A stretch of 64,000 nt of DNA from Vulcanimicrobiaceae bacterium. Its GTDB lineage: Bacteria; Vulcanimicrobiota; Vulcanimicrobiia; Vulcanimicrobiales; Vulcanimicrobiaceae. Each line of letters starts with the position of its first letter. The first letter of the stretch is position 1. The position numbers and the translations under genes are program-made. The notes below the pieces were generated by a model. The model saw only the letters and a list, made by a program, of their open reading frames with translations, did not search any database and was not told the DNA's origin. The stretch lies in NCBI GenBank assembly GCA_035694945.1, contig DASSEZ010000029.1, forward strand, positions 44,088 to 108,087. The letters run 5' to 3'. This document shows positions 60,888 to 64,000 of this stretch, piece after piece.

Positions 60888-62258
60888 CTATTGGCCGCCC
60901 GACGTACCTGCGTCGTCGTGTGCGATCCTATCGTTAAGGTATTGCAACGCGCGAGCGAGTTGCGTGTCGTGCGTCGGGTCGCCGAAGCGGGCGCCTTTGT
61001 TCTCGTCGACGGTAATATCGGGTGCGATGCCCAGGTGGTTGATGTCGCGATTGTGCGGCGTGAGGTAGCGCGCATCGGTGATCTTGATCGCGCTGCCGTC
61101 CGGAAGCGGCAAGATTTCCTGAACGACGCCTTTGCCGAAGGTTCGAGTGCCAATAATCGTGCCGACGCCGCTGTCCTGAATCGCGCCGGACGTGATCTCC
61201 GAAGCCGATGCGGTGTGCCCGTTTACGAGCACAGCCAGCGGCAGCGGCGCGATCGCCGTATTTTCCGCTTCATACGTCGTCACGTTCGAGGCGCGCGATT
61301 CCACCGAAACGATCGGTCCGGAGGCAATGAACTTGGAACTCACGTCCAGCGCCGCTTCCAAATAGCCGCCGCCGTTGTCGCGCAGATCCATGATGATGGC
61401 GCGCGCACCGTCCTGCTGCAGGCGATCCAGTGCGCGCGTCAATTCATCGCCGGTGTCACGTCCGAATACGGTAAGCTGCACGTAACCGATTTTGCCGGGA
61501 AGCATCTTTTCGTAGACGGAGAGTTGATGAATCTGCGCGCGCGTAATGGTAATGGGCTGCGCGAGTTGCTTGCCGTCGCGCTGAATGGTGAGTTGGACTT
61601 GCGTTCCGGCTTTGCCGCGCAGTTTGCCCGATGCCTGATCGAGCGAAAGTCCATGGGTCGATGCGCCGTCGATCGCGATGATGACGTCGTCCTGCTGCAC
61701 GCCCGCTTTATCCGCGGGGCCGTCGGGAACGACGTTGCTCACGTCGATATACTTCGTCTGCGGATCTTGCTGAATGACGATGCCCGTCCCTGCGAACGAT
61801 CCGCCGTCCAAACCTTGATTGAGCGCCGCGTATTCCTTGGGACTCAAAAACACGGTGTACTTGTCGTGAACCGAGTTGAGCATGCCGGAGATCGCCGCGT
61901 AGGTCAGCGAGTGTGTGCTGACTTTGCCTTTCGCCAGGCGCGCCGCGACGTCGACTTCATGTCCGACCGCCTTGGCCGTGCGCGGCACGTCGTCGGTTGC
62001 GAAGATCGGCGGAAGCGAACCTTTGACGCCCGCGCTCTGCAGTTGCTTTTGGATCTCCTGGCGCGCACCGTTTACGATGGACTGCGGATCCGTCTTTTGA
62101 TAAAAGTCCGAACGCAGTTTGTCGTAACTGAATTGGATCTCGGTTGCGTCCAGCGGAGAGATGCTCGGCGCGGGGGCTGCCGCGGAACCCGCGGCGGGGA
62201 ATTGGGCGGCTGCGAGCAGCAGGGCGGCCGCAGCGGCCAGGGCGGTGATTCGCATCAT
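60888..62258 (-). CDS. S41-family C-terminal processing peptidase (secreted)
   Basis: It has a signal peptide, a PDZ domain (GIVIQQD...VSNVVPDGPADKAGVQQDDVIIAIDG), DLRDNGGGYL and GHTASASEITSGA. Confidence 0.85.
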   Translation of the reverse strand: MMRITALAAAAALLLAAAQFPAAGSAAAPAPSISPLDATEIQFSYDKLRSDFYQKTDPQSIVNGARQEIQKQLQSAGVKGSLPPIFATDDVPRTAKAVGHEVDVAARLAKGKVSTHSLTYAAISGMLNSVHDKYTVFLSPKEYAALNQGLDGGSFAGTGIVIQQDPQTKYIDVSNVVPDGPADKAGVQQDDVIIAIDGASTHGLSLDQASGKLRGKAGTQVQLTIQRDGKQLAQPITITRAQIHQLSVYEKMLPGKIGYVQLTVFGRDTGDELTRALDRLQQDGARAIIMDLRDNGGGYLEAALDVSSKFIASGPIVSVESRASNVTTYEAENTAIAPLPLAVLVNGHTASASEITSGAIQDSGVGTIIGTRTFGKGVVQEILPLPDGSAIKITDARYLTPHNRDINHLGIAPDITVDENKGARFGDPTHDTQLARALQYLNDRIAHDDAGTSGGQ

Positions 62259-62265
62259 AACCTAT

Positions 62266-63711
62266 CTAACGTGTATGGCGGTTCAAAAATGCCTTCGCGG
62301 CAGCAAGTTGCTTGTCTTTGGGCGTGTCGATGATGGACAGATCGGGTGCCTGCGGCACGATAACGTCCGGCTGAATGCCTTTGTGCTGGATATCGCGGCC
62401 GTTCGGCGTGACGTAGCGCTGCGTGGTTATCTTCAGCGCGCCGCCGTTGGGCATGGAAAAAATACCTTGCACGACGCCTTTGCCGAAGGTTTTCGTGCCG
62501 ATGAGCGTGGCAAGCTTGTAGTCCTGCAGCGCGCCTGAGGTGATCTCGGAGGCGCTCGCGGTGTAGCCGTTTACGAGCACGACCATCGGCGTGACACCGG
62601 TCAGTGATTTGCCCGTCGCGTATTGCGTGTCGCGGTTACCGTACCGGTCAATCTCCGTGACGATGGCGCCTTTCGGAATGAACAGGCTGGAAATATCGAC
62701 CGCCGCGTTCAGCAGTCCGCCGCCGTTGTCGCGCAAATCGAGAATCGTGCCCTTTGCTCCGTGCGCTTTGCCGTCGAGCAGGGCTTTGCGCACTTCGGCC
62801 GCGGACGTTTCACCGAAGTCGGAGAGCCGGATGTACTCGTAGCCGTTCTCCATCTTCGCGTGCACGGTAGGCACGTGAATGATCTCGCGCGTGATGTGGA
62901 ATTCGTGCGGAGTCGTCTTTTTGTACGGATGCGTCGTGATCGTGACCGTCGTACCTTCGGGACCGCGGATCATGCGCTCGACTTTATCGAGGGCAAGTCC
63001 GTGCACGGGCTGACCGTTGATGCTTTGCACGACTTCGTTGCCGTGCATGCCCGCCCGCGCGGCCGGCAATCCGTCGATCGGCTGGACGATTACCTGCCCG
63101 TCTTTCAGCTGATAAATGAACACGCCGATACCGCCGAAATCGCCGCCGTTGAGTTGCTCGTTGAGCGCTTTGATTTGTTCGGGCGCGAGATAGACGGTAT
63201 ACGGATCGTGCAGCGAATCGAGCATGCCCGCAAGCGCAGCTTGCGTGAGATCGTCGCGCCCGGTCTTGCCCAGGTAGCGCGCATAGTGCGCCTGCGCGTA
63301 GGAAAGCTGGCGATCCAAAACGTGCACGTCTTGCGCTGCGTCGCCCGCGCTTTGCGGTGCCGGCAGTTTCGGCGTCACCGAAACGTGCTTGTTTTTGAAG
63401 GCGGCACGCAGATACGCTTCGAGCCCCGCGTGCTCGCCCTCGACGAGCGACTGCGCATCGACCGGTTTGTAATATACGCGCTGCACCTGACGGTATGCCA
63501 AGCCCAGGAGCTGCTGATCGACGACTTGCGGACCCAGTACACTGCCGACGTCGATGGAGGCCACCTTGCCGGTCTCGTCGCCGGCGGGGTCTGTGGCGGC
63601 CGCATCGGTCGCGACGGTATACGGATGGAACGAACGCACGTAGAGTGCGCCGGCAAACGCGGCGACGATGAAGATGGCGGCGGCGATGAACCAGCGGAGA
63701 GCGGATGACAC
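62266..63711 (-). CDS. S41-family C-terminal processing peptidase (membrane-anchored paralog)
   Basis: The start is GTG. It has an N-terminal TM helix (WFIAAAIFIVAAFAGAL), a PDZ domain (GIGVFIYQLKDGQVIVQPIDGLPAARAGM), DLRDNGGGLL and GYTASASEITSGA. Confidence 0.85.
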   Translation of the reverse strand: MSSALRWFIAAAIFIVAAFAGALYVRSFHPYTVATDAAATDPAGDETGKVASIDVGSVLGPQVVDQQLLGLAYRQVQRVYYKPVDAQSLVEGEHAGLEAYLRAAFKNKHVSVTPKLPAPQSAGDAAQDVHVLDRQLSYAQAHYARYLGKTGRDDLTQAALAGMLDSLHDPYTVYLAPEQIKALNEQLNGGDFGGIGVFIYQLKDGQVIVQPIDGLPAARAGMHGNEVVQSINGQPVHGLALDKVERMIRGPEGTTVTITTHPYKKTTPHEFHITREIIHVPTVHAKMENGYEYIRLSDFGETSAAEVRKALLDGKAHGAKGTILDLRDNGGGLLNAAVDISSLFIPKGAIVTEIDRYGNRDTQYATGKSLTGVTPMVVLVNGYTASASEITSGALQDYKLATLIGTKTFGKGVVQGIFSMPNGGALKITTQRYVTPNGRDIQHKGIQPDVIVPQAPDLSIIDTPKDKQLAAAKAFLNRHTR

Positions 63712-63807
63712 CTGAGCGAGCGATCCTTTTAACGAAGGGTGCGGCGTGTACGTACCCGCTTAGTACCCAGATTGCGCGCACCAAGTTTCGGGGGCCTTGC
63801 GAGAAAC

Positions 63808-63840
63808 AAAAGGTGCGCTCGTTAGCGCACCTTTTGCTTT
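63808..63840 (-). terminator. Hairpin plus U-run (terminator-like on both strands)
   Basis: The stem pairs aaaaggtgcgc (63808-63818) with gcgcacctttt (63825-63835) around a 6-nt loop. The minus strand continues TTTTGTTTC. No plus-strand gene lies upstream, so it most plausibly ends a minus-strand transcript coming from the right. Confidence 0.55.
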
Positions 63841-64000
63841 ACCGCCTATCGACCCCCTGGGGGCCCCAACTTGCTTGGGGGGCGCGGAGGCTCGGCCGGA
63901 GCGCCTTTTCAAATGGCGGTAAAGCAACTGGGCCCGTTTACGACGGCCCCAGTTTCTTGCAAAGCTATCCCAGCGGGACTTAGTGCAAGTAGGCGGCCGG
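63836..64000 (-). ncRNA. Structured non-coding RNA candidate, truncated by the window edge (possible RNase P RNA-like segment)
   Basis: An 11-bp long-range stem pairs gctttaccgcc (63836-63846) with ggcggtaaagc (63915-63925) and encloses hairpins at 63864-63880 and about 63882-63905. Further hairpins lie at 63926-63954 and 63956-63989. GC3 is low in every frame. On the minus strand, ACCGCC-[hairpins]-AGGCGGTAAAGCAAAAGGTGCGCTAACGAGCGCACC resembles the type-A RNase P segment ACCGCC-[P12]-AGGTAAGGGTGAAAGGGTGCGGTAAGAGCGCACC. Confidence 0.35.

Noticed and set aside
596-62333. Many very long ORFs lie antisense to, or out of frame with, the called genes. Examples are 596-2140(-), 2147-4258(-), 6038-8242(-), 9096-10325(-), 11077-12729(-), 19571-21466(-), 55140-56555(-) and 59898-62333(+).
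   Set aside because: Their translations are Arg/Ala/Gly/His-rich low-complexity strings with no recognisable motifs. Each lies opposite a gene with clear family signatures. Long spurious open frames are expected at about 65 percent GC.
63705-63983. The 92-aa plus-strand ORF, and a possible minus-strand CDS 3' end stopping at about 63909.
   Set aside because: GC3 is about 50 percent in both, far below the genome norm. The peptides are junk-like, and the DNA is packed with hairpins. I interpret the region as RNA or structure rather than protein-coding.
63836-64000. tmRNA, SRP RNA, 6S RNA or a cobalamin/TPP riboswitch as the identity of the terminal structured RNA.
   Set aside because: There is no tRNA-like T-arm/ACCA end or tag reading frame ending in ..LAA. 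There is no SRP domain IV motif (GGAAGGAAGCAGC). There is no single long 6S-type hairpin, and no B12-box or CUGAGA/thi-box.
1-64000. A prophage, integrative element, transposon, tRNA or rRNA anywhere in the window.
   Set aside because: No integrase, transposase or phage structural motifs appear in any translated frame. No cloverleaf-like tRNA sequences occur in the intergenic gaps. The only island-like segment (49695-51561) lacks mobility genes.

Overview
The window is 64 kb of high-GC bacterial chromosome, roughly mid-60s % by eye. It is densely coded, with about 60 CDS and almost no spacers. I saw no rRNA, tRNA, CRISPR array, transposase or integrase. All calls rest on reading the supplied translations and the nucleotide sequence; no searches were run.

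Content from left to right:
- 1-601: the 3' end of gyrB and its terminator.
- 635-21915: a co-directional outer-membrane/LPS biogenesis supercluster of about 21 kb. Its order is tamB-like, bamA, three Skp/OmpH genes, lpxD, lpxC, fabZ, lpxA, lpxB, a metallophosphoesterase, an LpxB-related glycosyltransferase, an O-antigen-ligase-like protein, a lipoprotein LptC/A-like protein, lptB, one lptF/G permease, a DUF3084-like protein and a YqgF-like nuclease. Most junctions are start/stop overlaps.
- 21994-24982: a small beta-barrel OMP, a TPR membrane protein and a GT4 glycosyltransferase.
- 24991-27794: TelA-like, an unknown protein and a double-YbjQ protein.
- 27814-33876: recQ coupled to an exported lipoprotein, divergent from dnaX-ybaB-recR.
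- 36323-43323: a seven-gene MoxR module (membrane protein, DUF4129, DUF4350, MoxR, DUF58, then SpoIIM-like plus an acidic mini-protein on the minus strand, then RDD).
- 43322-43502: a 181-bp element with perfect 24-bp terminal inverted repeats, exactly filling a convergent gap.
- 43498-46540: a DUF697-like protein and an M48 peptidase with a coiled coil.
- 46734-49694: minC-minD-minD'-minE, with a tandem MinD paralog.
- 49695-51561: a lower-GC island of about 1.9 kb inserted between minE and rodA. It carries an HNH nuclease, a PD-(D/E)xK-like protein and a small acidic ORF.
- 51562-57653: rodA, a methyltransferase head-to-head with an LRR protein, and RNase E.
- 57660-63711: a GAF-GGDEF-STAND ATPase-TPR protein and two tandem S41 peptidases.
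- 63797-64000: a structured non-coding RNA candidate running off the right edge.

A short dispersed motif (consensus about GTCATCCTGAGCCTGTCGAAGGA) recurs at six or more sites. Three copies lie in frame inside lpxD, dnaX and minD'.

The candidates I consider most worth follow-up are:
- the minE/rodA island;
- the GGDEF-STAND-TPR protein;
- the metallophosphoesterase sitting in the lpxH/lpxI slot;
- the MoxR module;
- the inverted-repeat element;
- the in-frame dispersed repeats;
- the terminal RNA.
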